A stretch of 64,000 nt of DNA. It comes from Chiloscyllium plagiosum. Lineage: Eukaryota. The notes beneath the pieces are model-generated. The model was not told the origin of the DNA and made no database searches. It was given only the letters and a program-made list of their open reading frames with translations. The stretch spans positions 19,606,104-19,670,103 of the forward strand of contig NC_057718.1 of NCBI RefSeq assembly GCF_004010195.1. Reading direction: 5' to 3'. The translations under genes and the position numbers were made by a program. This document shows positions 49,607 through 61,720 of the stretch, piece by piece; the first letter of the stretch is position 1, and the number at the start of each line of letters is the position of its first letter.

Positions 49607-50435
49607 CTATTTGAGAGAGTCCAAGAAGTCTTTTACTTTCTCTGGTGATCCAAAGTTATATACAGATCTTCGATGGCTGAAGTACAGTGTTGCTGGATAT
49701 CACAAGGAGTATTGAATATTTAAGTCTCTCAAACGCTTCTTTGCCTCATCGAATGCCCTCCTCTTGAGGACCATGACTGGAGAGAAGTCCTGAAATAGCA
49801 TTATCTTGGAGCCCTTGTACATCATGGCCTGGGGATCCTTCCCCAGGACTCCGGAGGCCTCTAGGAGCATTGTTTTTCTTTATAACATTGAAGCCGGACT
49901 AGAAATGGGCGGGGGTGCTGATCCGACCTGGGCCTGCGTACATCAACCCGGTGGGATCGCTCCACCTGCACCCAGCCCAGCCCTGACTCCAACTTCAATA
50001 ATTGTGGGAGCCATTGCTCCAAGAAATCGACAAGCTGGCCTTCCTGTTCCCATTCGGGAAGGCCCAGCAACCGAATATTTTTCTGAGGTCGTCGATGTGC
50101 TCCTCCAGGGTCCGTACTCGCCGCTCCAGAGCCCGGACCTGACCCACGGATGACTCAGCAGCAGTCTCCTAGGCCGTGGCCCGTTGCTCCGCCCCTCCAA
50201 CAGGCTGCTCGAGTTTTTCAATCTCTCGGTCATGCTTCTGCAGCATGTCCAAGATCGACTCCCATCTGGACCAGGCCTTCCCGATGGACGTGTCAAGTTT
50301 GACGATCTCGGAGATCTGGGCTGCCTCTGCAGGTAAGTCCCCCGAGGCAGCCGCGGACGTCCCTGCTGCTGCAGGTGGGGGTGGGGGAGGGGTCCCTGCC
50401 TGTTGCGAGCTGCGGGACTTTTTGCCTTTAGTCAT
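49607..50435 (-). pseudogene. L1 ORF1p (coiled-coil, RRM, CTD), frameshifted
   Basis: MTKGKKSRS..., LGLPEWEQEGQLVDFLEQWLPQLL..VQVERSHRV..PRPFLVRL..YKEK. Confidence 0.85.
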
Positions 50436-50575
50436 TTTTAAAAAAGCATCAAATTGTTAAAGTTTGATGTGAAATGACTAAGTATCCTGAATAATTTAAA
50501 AGGTCAGGTGAAGGCGAGTGCCCCACTTTGTCTGAGTATTAGGCAGAGCACTGCAGACTCAGACCTACTGGGTTG

Positions 50576-50586
50576 CTGCCATCTTG
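50576..50586 (-). promoter_or_regulatory. YY1-like motif at the L1 5' end
   Basis: CAAGATGGCAG about 10 nt inside the TSD-defined 5' terminus. Confidence 0.6.
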
Positions 50587-52544
50587 GATCTCCATTCCAG
50601 CCCCTTTAACATCATCTGACTGCCCCGTCTCACTTCAGCCATTGCGGAAACTCTCATTCATTACCTCACTTTCTCTTCACTTGACTATTCCCACACAAAC
50701 CTGGGCTGGTCTCCCACATCGTACACTCCATAAACTTGAGGTCATCCTGAACTCTGCTGCCTGTGTTTTAACTCACAGTAGACCCTGTTCCCCTGCCAGC
50801 CCAGTGCTGGCTGCTCTACACTGGCTCTTGGTCAAGCAGCATCTTGACTTTAAAGTTCTCATTTTTGCTTCCATACCTAAGCCTGGCCTTGATCCTCCCT
50901 ACCTCCATGACCTATTCCATTACCACAAGCCTGGAAGGTTTCTGCACACCACTGGCTATCTTTGAGTTCAACCACACTGCCATTGTGTATCCTGCCTGGC
51001 TCCTAATCTCTGCACTCCCCTTCCTCGCCCTCTCTGCCTCCACCCATCATCTTTCTCTTTTAACATGCCTTAAAACCTACTTCACTTCCCAAGCATTAAT
51101 TCATCTGGCTTACCATTCCCTGTGGAGGTCACAGCTACCTGATGAAGGAGCAGCGCTCCGAAGGTTAGTGCTTCCAAATGAACCTATTGGACTATAACCT
51201 GTTGTTCTGTAATTTTTAACTTTGTACACCCCAGTCCAACGCCGGCACCTCACATCATGTCTCTTTATTTGACTCAGTGCCATGATTTCTTATCTGGTAT
51301 TCTGTCAAAATCAGCTAAGATGTTTCATTGCTTTAAAAGTTGCTATGTAAATATACATTATTGTTATTGCAGAGAAAACGCCTGCTTCTATTTCCCCAAA
51401 TCACTCCTTTCACCGATATACTGGGCCTGTTGGGTGTCAGAGGTCAGGTCTGATTACAAGAGCTTCCTGTAGATTGGAGACACAGACACAGCTGGGACAG
51501 GGGATTCTTCAATGACTGATGAAACCCCACTGTGGACATAGTCCCACAGTATTGAGTCCCAGAATGCAGGAATGTAGACTCTTTCCCAGGGAAAATCCCA
51601 GTCAGTGAGCTGCCTGTCTCCATCATGCTTCCACAGAGTGGGCATCAAGTACAGACCACGGGGACTGGAGGAACCCCTTGTGGTCTTGCAGAATAAGAGC
51701 CACAGATCTGTTAGAGCTGGCCAGCTAACACAACAACAACTTCCATTTAAATAACGTCCCACCTGTAAAATAATTCCACATCACAAGGGGACCATCATGA
51801 TACCAGAAAGGAGATATGAACACATCCAACTAACAGTCTAGCAGCAGGAGAAGGCTATTCGGCCCCAGCCAGTCTACTCCACCATTCAATCTATCTTCAC
51901 TAATCTGACTGTGGCCTCAACTCCACCTTCCTTTCTACCTCCCAAATGTTCGGACTCCCTTGTTAGTCAACAATCTTTCTGAGATAACTCCCCACAAGTT
52001 GAGTGAATCTTCTCTGAACTGATCTAATGCAATTCAGATCTTTCTTAAACAATGGGCAATGGGGACGGCAGCAGCGATAGTGAGAAAGTCCACTGTTGAG
52101 GGAACAATCGGATGTAGCAAAGTGAAGGTTTTGGCAGAAGATTGCAGTGGCAGTAAGATTGTCCTCTGAGGGTGCAGCAGGAGGTGGGGAATACAAGAGT
52201 CTGAACTGTCACACAAATAGGCCACTGAGAATACGAGCCAAAACGAACGTTGAAAATCCATCTTCACATATCAACAAAAACAATTATTCTGATCTTTGCA
52301 CCAGAATGTGGTTCTCAGAATGTGGCCTACCAGCTGCTCCAAAATCTAAGTCAATGATGTACAACACTGGCTAGGACAATGCCAGAGATTAAATCAGTTC
52401 CTTCACCACACCCACTCACAGGCTGGGACCCCATGTGCAAAGGAAGACGTGCTAGTGACAGTAATATAGCTTTATAAGCAAGATTTATGTTCCTATCCAT
52501 TTTGTCTAACACAGATGTAAAGTAATATTAGACCATAATATTAT

Positions 52545-54335
52545 TACGGTCTCCTCTACTTTGGGGAAATGAAGTATAGACTGGGTGACTGCTTCTCGCC
52601 TACATTCTGTCCACAAAAAAGACCCTGAGCTTCCAGTTGCCTGCCACTTAGAGTCAATAGTCATAGAGATGTACAGCATGGAAACAGACCCTTCGGTCCA
52701 TCTCATCTGTGCCGACCACCTAATCTTGTCCCATTTGTCAGCACTTGGCCCATACCCCTCTAAACCTTTCCTATTTATATACCTAACCAGATACTTTTTA
52801 AATGTTGCAATTGTACCAGCCTCCACCACTTCCTCTGGCAGCCCATTCCGTACACTCACAACCCTCTGTGTGAAAAAGTTGCCCCTTTGTTCCTTTTTGA
52901 ATTTTTTCCCCTCTTACTCTAAACCTATGCCCTCTGGTTCTGGACTCCCCCACCCCAAGTAAAGAGACCTTGTCTATTTATTCTATCCATGCCCTCTCAT
53001 GATTTTATAAACCTCTATAAGGTCACCTCTCAGCCTCCAACACTCAAGGGAAAATAGCCCCAGCCTATTCAGCCTCTCTCTATAGCTCAAATCCTCCAAC
53101 CCTGGTAAAATCCTTGTAAATATTTTCTCAACCCTTTCAAGTTTCACAACACCCTGCTAATATGAGGGAGACTAGAACTGTACACAATATTCCAAAAGTG
53201 GCCTAATCAATGTCCTGTACAGCCACAACATGACCTCCCAACTCATAGAACTCTGTGGGAAGCTAGGGAAGTGATTGCTGTGCCCTTTGCTGAGATATTT
53301 GTATCATTGATAGTCACAGGTGAGGTGCCGGAAGACTGGAGGTTGGCTAATGTGGTGCATTATTTAAGAAATGTGGTAATGAAAAGCCAGGGAACTATAG
53401 ACCAGTGAGCCTGACATTGGTGGTGGGCAAGTTATGGAAGGAATCCTGAGGGACAGGATGTACATGTATTTGGAAAGGCAAGGACTGATTTGGGATAGTC
53501 AACAGGCTTTGTGTGTGGGATGTCATGTCTCACCAACTTGATTGAGTTTCTTGAAGAAGTAACGAAGAGGATTGATGTGGGCATGATCTATATGGACTTC
53601 AGTAAGGCGTTCAACAAGATTCCTCATGGTAAACTGGGTAGCAAGGTTAGATCTGATGGAATACAGGGAGAAATAGCCATTTGGAAACAGAACTGGTTCC
53701 AATGTAGAAGACAGAGGGTAGTGATGGAGGGTTGCCTTTCAGACTGGAGTCCTGTGACCAGTGGTGTACGCACCACCACGTTCCCTGGCTAACACCTCTG
53801 TCTCAGGCTTGTTGCAGTGTTCCAGCGAAGCAAAGCTCAAGTTGGAAGAACACCACCTCATTTTCCACTTGGAAACTCTATAACCTTCTGGACTCAATAT
53901 CGAGTTCAACAACTTTAGGGCTGGAGGTACCTTTTCCCATGTCCTTACCCACAACCCCTACACACAACCCCTATACACCAAGCCTTGTGATCACATGGTC
54001 TGCTATCACACATTACCCTTTATTAGCCCTTAATAGTCCGCTTTAACAGACATTCATTATCTAGACTGATCATTATCCACTCCTTTGTCTGTCCAACTGT
54101 TTTCCTCTCTCTTTGGGCTTTATCTCCACCTGTCATTTCCTCCTTACAGCCTCCCACCACTCAGTTCTCTGCATTAAAAAAACAACTTCTTCTGAGCTAC
54201 CATCAGTTCTGAGGAAGGGTGACTGGACTCAAAACATTAACTCTGATTTCTCTCTACAGATGCTGCCAGATCTGCTGAGCTTTTGCATCAATTTCTGTAC
54301 TTGTTTCTGATTTCCAGCATCCGCAGTTCTTTCAG
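52545..54335 (+). mobile_element. Penelope GIY-YIG/3'-end relic split by a CR1 insertion
   Basis: GLLYFGEMKYRLGDCF...PELPVACH | ...KLEEHHLIFHL..SGLNIEFNNF; decayed hammerhead ctgaggaagggt..aaaacattaac. Confidence 0.8.
52650..53767 (-). mobile_element. CR1 insertion with an inverted 5' segment
   Basis: 52650-53244 is the CR1 3' end on minus; 53245-53767 is upstream RT sequence on plus (TLWEAREVIA to PVTSGV). Confidence 0.85.
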
Positions 54336-54462
54336 CTTAAAGTATTAGCTTCTCCAAAGCTTATAGTGATGAATTAATAACACATCAAATTTTTTGAACA
54401 AATGTGTATTAATGCTTGCAATATGAAGATTTCTAACATGAATTGACCATTTATTTGTGATA

Positions 54463-54586
54463 TAGGCAGTCCTTGGTTTATAAATGAGTTCCATTCTTGA
54501 GTCCGCTTGCAAGTTGATTTGTAGACAAAGCAGAACATAATTCGGGGCAGTATCAAACAGCTGTTTGTAAGGACGAGGACTGTCCG
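54463..54586. mobile_element. Tigger/Tc1-mariner-type MITE (124 bp)
   Basis: Imperfect TIRs taggcagtccttggtttataa / ttgtaaggacgaggactgtccg, flanked by TA on both sides. Confidence 0.65.
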
Positions 54587-54707
54587 TATGTCAGTTAAGG
54601 TGGCAGCAGAGTAAGACTCTCCAGCCACAGCTCCTCTGCTCACCAGTTCCTTTTCCTTTCCTAACTTTGTTTTCCCTCTTTCTGTTTTCTTTCCCCCTTC
54701 CCCCCAC

Positions 54708-55072
54708 AAGACAGACTCTGACCTCACACTTTTAATGCATTGTCTGAGCTGAGATGTCACCTTTTCCTTATAAATCCTTAAGTTATCTCTAGAATGTGAC
54801 TTAAAAGCAGTTGTGGGATATTTTAATATTTTAATGAACCGAATGATGAAAGACTTAACAGCAACCTAGGTTGGTTCAATGTATTATTTCAGTTGCATGA
54901 CATTGTAATCTTTTGCTAAAAATTCTGTCTCTTATAATCCTGCTCCACAACCACCTCATTTAGGGAGCAACGCTCCGAAAGCTAGTGCTTCCAAATAAAC
55001 CTGTTGGACTATAATCTGCTGTTGTGTGATTTTTAATTTTGTCCACCCCAGTCCAACACTGGCACCTCCACA
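54708..55072 (+). mobile_element. Penelope-derived family B fragment
   Basis: Matches the right arm of the 5985-7640 element; damaged hammerhead ggagcaacgctccgaaagctagtg. Confidence 0.8.
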
Positions 55073-55179
55073 TTCTGGATGCACCTAGGCTAGGAGCAGA
55101 TTATCATGCCTGAGCAGAAACTGTATCCAGTTTCATCCAGATTAACGATCGGCACAGTTACTAAATAGTTATCAAACAA

Positions 55180-55702
55180 CTGTTGGAATATTGCATGCAA
55201 TTCTGGTCTCCTTCCTATCGGAAAGATGGTGTGAAACTTGAAAGGGTTCAGAAAAGATTTACAAGGATGTTGCCAGGGTTGGAGGATTTGAGCTACAGGG
55301 AGAGGCTGAACAGGCTGGGGCTATTTTCCCTGGAGCGTTGGAGGCTGAGGGGTGATCTTATAGAGGTTTACAAAATTATGACGGTATTGATAGGGTAAAT
55401 AGGCAAAGTCTTTTCCCTGGGGTCAGGGAGTCCAGAATGTGAGGGCATAGGTTTAGGGTGAGAGGAGAAAGATATAAAAGAGACCTAAGGGGCAACGTTT
55501 TCACGCAGAGTTGGTACGTGTATGGAATGAGCTGCCAGAGGAAGTGGTGGAGGCTGGTACAATTGCAACATTTAAAAGGCATCTGGATGGGTATATGAAT
55601 AGGAAGGGTTTGGAGTGATAGGGGCCTGGTGCTGACAGGTGGGACTAAATTGGGTTGGGATATCTGGTCGGCGTGGACGGGTTCTATGACTCTATGACTC
55701 TA
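55180..55702 (+). mobile_element. CR1 3' fragment
   Basis: ORF 55183-55398; ctatgactctatgactcta tail. Confidence 0.92.
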
Positions 55703-56199
55703 TAACTGCAAATATTCATTTCCAGATCATTCTGTTTCCTAATATCAGAATCCACAACATCAGAAGTTTACGTCAGAGAAACTGACCATTTAACCCTTTA
55801 GAGTTAAGGAAGTATTTCTCTGTAGTGGGTCACTTAACTTAACCTTCAGACCATTGAATATTTCTCTTCATCCAGCAACTATCTAATTCTCTTATTGATT
55901 CTGCCTCAAAAGGAGCTAATGGCTGACTGTCTCCTGTAAGGAATTTCTAAAAGTAATTTTCAAAAATCTCATTGTTGAACACACTTCATTTCAGGGGAGT
56001 TCTAGAAGAGAGTGAAGAAAAGGATAAAAGTATTTCTTCTATTTATTTTCACAGCATTTGTTTTAATGAACTCAGGAGCTCTCCAGGCACCTTTTTGAAA
56101 AGGAAGAAAACCCAAATCTATAGCATAAAAAGCAGGACAAATCCAACCTGGCAGATTACCACACTGTTCTTGATCAACAACAAACTGACATGAGGGTCT

Positions 56200-57755
56200 G
56201 TCAACAGTTCTAGTCAGTGGCATTTTCTCAGCAATAACCTGCCCATTGACACTCAGTTTGGTTCCACCAGGGCCACTCAGCTCCTAACCTCATTACAACC
56301 TTGTTACAAACATGGACAAAGGAGCTGAATTCCAGGGGCCAGGTTGCCCTGGACATCAAGGCTGCATTTGATTGATATAGCATCAAGGAGCCCTAGGAAA
56401 ACTGGAATCAAGGGGAATCAGAGGAAAGCATTCTGCTGTGTGGAGTCATACCCAGCATGAGTGAATTGTTGGAGGTAAATCATCTCAGCTCCAGGACATC
56501 CCTGCAGGACTTCCTTGGGATAGTATCCAAGACCCAACCATTTTCAGCTGCTTCATCATAACACCAGAATGCTCAAAAATGATTGAACAATGTTCAGCAC
56601 CATTTGTGATTCCTCAGATACTGAGAAGTAGTTGGGGAGGTGTTGACCTAATGGTATTATCATTAAACTATTAATCAAAAGAGTCAAGTAGTGTTCTGGT
56701 GTCTTAGTTTCAAATCCAGTCATGGTAGATGGTGGAATTTGAATTAAAAAATCTGGAATTATGACTTGAAGGATGACTGTGAAACTGTTGTCAATTATCA
56801 AGAAAAACCCATCTGGTTCATTGATGTCCTTTAGGGAGGGGAACCGCCATCCTTACCTGGTTTGGCTTACATGTGACTCCAGACCCACAGCAATGTGGTT
56901 GACTGAGCAGTTAGGGGATGGGTAATAAATGCCAGCCAGCGATGCTGACATTCTGTGAATGAATGAAACAAAAGTCTAAATGCAGCAAGACCTGAATAGC
57001 ATCTAGCTTTGGGTGGATTAGTAGCAAGTAAGGTTCACGTGTGCCAGAGAATGACCACTTCAAACAAGACAGAATCAACCATCTCTCCTTAGTGCTCAAT
57101 GGCATTAATATCACTGCCTTCCCAAATGAACAGAAACTCAATTAGTCTAGCTATACAAATATGGTGGTTATGACAGCAGGTCAAGGTTAAGAATTTTGTG
57201 GCATATAACTCATTTCTGGTCTAACCAGTTCCTGTCCATCATCCACCAGGCACAAATCAGAAGTGTGAACAAATACTCTCGACTTGCCTGGATGGATAAA
57301 GTTCCAACAACACTCAAGAATCTTATTGCCATCCAGGTCAAAGCAACCAGCCTGAATAGCACTCTATCCACCCCCTCACCAGCCAAGCTCAATCACAGCA
57401 GTGTGTACCTTATACAAAATCCATTACAGTGACTCACCAAGCCTCTTTCAACAGCACGTTTCAAACCCGCAACCTCTATCAGCTGGCTGGAGATGGGTAA
57501 CAGAAGCTCACAGACACCACCATCTGCAGGTTCCCCTCCAAGCCACACACTATCCTGACTCAGAAATATATATCCATTCTTTCACTGTACCTAGGCAAAA
57601 AGCCTCCCTTTCCAAACAGCATTGTGAGTGTCCCTATGTGCCAAGGACTGTAACATGGAGAAAACTCACCACCATCTTTGCAAGGGCAATTAGAGATGGG
57701 TGATTATTGCTGTCTTAGACAGCAACTACCCACATCCCAGGAATGAATAAAAACA
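56200..57755 (+). mobile_element. Decayed LINE (CR1/L2 group) RT and 3' end, containing its partner SINE at ~56636-56972
   Basis: QFG..QGHSAPNLIT..QTWTKELNSRG..ALDIKAAFD; tail caagggcaattagagatggg..cccacatcccaggaatgaataaaa. Confidence 0.8.
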
Positions 57756-57949
57756 AACTAAAGAAAAGACTGTCTACACGGAGGAAGAATACAGCAACAG
57801 ATGAGACGAGACTATAACAGTATAAAGCCTGAGTTTGATTTTCATTAAAGGAACCATATCAGTGCTGCCCCCTCCCCCAAACCCAGTCAAATAACCTGCC
57901 AACACCTTTGTGTCAATGTGAGAAATGGGTGATGCAACATAAGGAACCT

Positions 57950-58135
57950 TTCAGCGTGGTTTGCTCCGGGTGATCCGGTTTCTTCCCACAGTCCAAAGAG
58001 GTGCAGGTTAGGTGGATGAACATGTAGGGGTTACAGGGATAGGGGAGGGGATTGGGTCTGGGTGGAATGCTCTTCAGAGGGTTAATGTGGACTTGATGGG
58101 CCGAATGGCGTGCTTCCACACTGTAGGGAATCTAT
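57950..58135 (+). mobile_element. Partial HE1-like SINE
   Basis: ccacagtccaaagaggtgcaggttagg and CR1-type tail. Confidence 0.75.
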
Positions 58136-58279
58136 CATTAAGTAATGAAAGGTTGTAGAGGTGGTGCGGAGAGGTAGGGAGGGTAACCATCAATCCTATT
58201 GTGCAAAACAAAACTAGTTTCACCAGTCCAATAATAAGTTAACATCCTAGATATTTAAACTGAGAATATTTAGATTCTC

Positions 58280-58695
58280 AGATTTGTGAAAGGTTCCCGT
58301 TGTCAGGTTTGGAAAAGATTTAGTGAATTGTCTCCACAGTCCTTGGCAAAGAAACTGCCATTAATCAGTCAAGTAGGAACGTAAGCTGTTGGGATAGGTG
58401 TATAATTTCTCTGGACATGAGACTGGGTAATGAATAGTATTGGGAAACGGGTTCTGCTGTGTTTTGCTGTGTTTTAGAATCTTTCAAACTTCCTTCTGTA
58501 TTTACACAGCTTGGTTTGTTTTGTCATATTATCTTTTGTGTCACACATTTCTATTCTATGGTGAAGGAAATCTGTCGCTTTTGTGTGAATATTACTCAGT
58601 GACTAACCACCACATTAACTAGCAAATAAAACTAAAACAAATCTATCAAGCCATGTTTCAGTGTCCAGTAGCTTCAACAGCTGGGAACATATCAC
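58280..58695 (+). mobile_element. Degraded LTR-like sequence
   Basis: T-rich body, aataaa and an end (atctatcaagcc..cagctgggaacatatca) resembling LTR U5; no clear TSD. Confidence 0.4.
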
Positions 58696-59315
58696 TGAGC
58701 TTGGACTAGGTCATTTCCTCAGACCTACACCAGTGAACATGTTCGCACAGAGGCCAGTGGAAATATTTCAGAGACAATATCAAAGACTCCATGAATGTTT
58801 GCTCCCATTAATATCAGCATAAGGGAAGTAGATGCCCAGTCGTGACAAAATGGTGATCCAAAAATGGTAGCAAGACCTTCCAATCTACAACAGCAACTCC
58901 AGAGAGAGAACCACAAGAGCTTTGAAAAGAGAAGTCAGCTGCTTGACTGAATAATCCACCACCTCCTTTACTTGTTCAAGGAGCAACTATTGAGTGTCCT
59001 TGATAATTATGTACCTGTCAGGCAGGGAGGAACTTTACCAGCAGACCACTGAACCCACTGCCAACACTGACATCTCACTTCCACACAACCATCAGCAAGC
59101 GAGAATCACCTTCGAAATGAGGAACTGCCTGTGACAATGGAGGAGGGGAAAGGATAACATACAAATGTACGTGTCAGAAACAGCAGTAGGCCATTCGAGC
59201 CTGCTCTGCCATTCAACTAGATCATGACGGCTCTGATTTTTCCACGTTACTGCCTATCCCTATTTCCATATCAAAAATCCATCTACCTCTGGATGTTGCC
59301 AAGACTAGAGGGCTT

Positions 59316-60078
59316 TGAAATAGCTCTGCAGAGACTGACATCCAATTACCGAGTCACCCTGTATTTATTGGTGGGAGATCCTTGACACTGCCCAGCTCCC
59401 TCAGAGCCAGCTCTGAATGAACAGAACCCTGACACTCCGGTTTACAGCTGTCAGCCAGAGTTCCCTGATTGAACCAGATTAACAGAGATGGAAATGTGTT
59501 GCTGGAGAAGCGCAGCAGGTCAGGCAGCATCTAGGGAACAGGAGAATCGACGTTTCGGGCATTAGCCCTTCTTCAGGAATGGTCCTTTGCAGGTTTGTGA
59601 GAGTGTTGTCCTGAGTTGGGGTAGGTCGAGTTGCAGGGAATGTAGGTAGCGGCGCATGGCTGCAAGTGTGGAGCGGAGGATCCGGAGGGACGTCTGTTGC
59701 TGGAGGCTTCGGATTTGTTGTAGGTACTGGTTGTCCTGGTTGGGTCCAAGTTTTGTTGGTCGGAACGTAGTCCGGAGTCCGTGCGGGATAAGTCGGTTCC
59801 GTAGGCAGGTGCTGAGGAAGGAGATGTGGCTGTGGTAGCGAGTCTGTTTGAGAATGTGGCTGAAGAGCTTCTGAGCAGAGGAGATGAATGCCCAAAACGT
59901 CGATTCTCCTGTTCCCTAGATGCTGCCTGACCTGCTGCGCTTCTCCAGCAACACATTTCCATCTCTGATCTCCAGCATCTGCAGACCTCATTTTCTCTCC
60001 TGAACCAGATTAACAGCCACAAACAGAGAACTCATATTCTATGAGGCCCACTTGGCTGACCTTGTTGCAATGACTACA
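59316..60078 (-). mobile_element. Short solo LTR (~230 bp) inside a CR1, interrupted by a Penelope insert
   Basis: TGTAGT...TTTCA termini; near-TSD gctt/gatt; AATAAA on minus; host CR1 continuous from 59291 to ~60510. Confidence 0.8.
59486..60000. mobile_element. Penelope derivative with inverted pLTRs, an N-terminal ORF piece and an intact hammerhead (59545-59580, minus)
   Basis: 16-bp TSD tgaaccagattaacag (59470-59485 / 60001-60016); ~80-bp inverted ends; minus frame TRYHSHISFLSTCLRNRLIPHGL. Confidence 0.88.
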
Positions 60079-60510
60079 GATTTGAACTATAGGGAGAGCC
60101 TGAATAAGCTGAGGATTTTATTTTTCCCTGGAGCGTCAGAAGCTGAGGGGTGACCATATATAGGTTTATAAAATCATGAGGAGCATGGATAGGGTGAATA
60201 GGTATCTTTCCGAGGACAGGGGAGTCCAAAACTAGAGGGCATGGGTTTAAGGTGAGAGGGGAAAGATATAAAAAGGACCTGAGGGTTAACTTTTTCATGC
60301 AGAGGGTGGTGGGTGTATGGAATGGGCTGCCAGAGGAGGTTGGTAGGGTTACAACATTTAAAAGGCATCTGGATGGGTGTATGAATAGAAAGGGTTTAGA
60401 GAGGTATATGCCAAATGCTAGCAAATGGGACTAGATCAGATTGGGACAAGTAGAACTCAAAACTATTCCTATTCAAGGCTCTATTTCGGTGTTGTATGAT
60501 TCTGATTTAA
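60079..60510 (+). mobile_element. CR1 3' fragment
   Basis: ORF 60252-60434. Confidence 0.88.
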
Positions 60511-61247
60511 AGACCATAAGGTATAGGAGGGGAATTAGGCCACTTGGGCCATCGGGTCTGCTCTGTTATTCCATCATATGAATTCAATGAATATTCTAAA
60601 ATATTGAAAAAGGTCTGCTTCCACTGTCTTTGAGAAAGAGTTCCAAAGACTCATGACTGTCTGTGAGAAAATGGTTCTCCTTATCTTTCTCTTAATTTTC
60701 CGATACCTCAATTTTAAAACTGGTCCCAAGTTTTAGACCTCTGGGCTAGATTATGATCACTTCTTCCTCAGTCATCAGTATGCTGGTTTGTGGCTTTTGT
60801 TTTATTCTCTTATTTAACTTCTGTAAATAAAAACAATTTTGCCTACAGATGCTGGCTACAACCAAAGAAAATAAGAACGGCAGTATTTTGTTCATATTTC
60901 TCTTCACCTTCCTTACACAGAGAGAAAGAGACTGATGCTGGCCAAATTTTCAGAGAGAAAAATATACAGTTCCTGGATTTCTGTAATTCTAATTACCAAG
61001 TGTGACCTGCTGAGAGCAAATGTACCACAGGTGAAAATCTGAGCCATCACGTTCCTGGAATGACAATTAAACGCCAGGGTAGACATTCCAGAAACTTCAA
61101 ACTCCAGACCCTCAGCTGTGGTGCCTCCCCATTAATGGGCTGACTGAGTCACACACAATCCTGTAAACGTCAGCCGCTCACTCCTGAACTTATCATTCTT
61201 CTCAGCCAATACACTTTGCATGGACAATTCTGATGTCAGATCACAGG

Positions 61248-61720
61248 CATCAGAAAAGCTTCACAAGGACGTTGCCAGGGTTGGAGAGTTTGAGCTACAA
61301 GGAGAGGCTAAATTGACTGGGGCTGCTTTCCTTGGAGCGTCGGAGGCTGAGGGGTGACCTTACAGAGGTTTATAAAATCATGAGGGGCAGGGATAGGGTA
61401 AATAGACAAGGTCTTTTCCCCGGGGTGGGGAGTCCAGAATTAGACAGCATAGGTTTAGGGTGAGAGGGGAAAGATATAAAAGAGACATAAGGGCCAACTT
61501 TTTCAAATAGAGGGTGCTGCTTGTGTGGAATGAGCTGCCAGAGGAAGTGGTGGAGGCTGGTATGATTACAAAATTTAAAATGCATTTGGACAGGTATATG
61601 AATAGAAATAGTTTTGAGGGATATGGACCAAGTGCTGGCAAATGGGACCAGATTAATTTAGGATATCCAGTCGACTTGTGAGAGTTGGACTGAAGGGTCT
61701 GTTTCCATGCTGTACATCTC
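61248..61720 (+). mobile_element. CR1 3' fragment
   Basis: cagaaaagcttcacaaggacgttgccagg through gaagggtctgtttccatgctg. Confidence 0.9.

Larger units (their letters stand above)
46242..50595 (-). mobile_element. L1/Tx1-type LINE with both ends present, internally deleted and interrupted
   Basis: 13-bp TSD tccagccccttta (46229-46241 / 50596-50608); 5'UTR, ORF1, ORF2, AATAAA and A-rich tail. Confidence 0.95.
46040..51365 (+). mobile_element. L2-like LINE relic interrupted by the L1 (46242-50595) and a Penelope mini-insert (~51125-51257)
   Basis: Flanks are continuous across the TSD; ORF 50573-50965 (LHKLEVILNSAACVL...PVLAALHWLLVKQHLDFKVLI). Confidence 0.7.
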
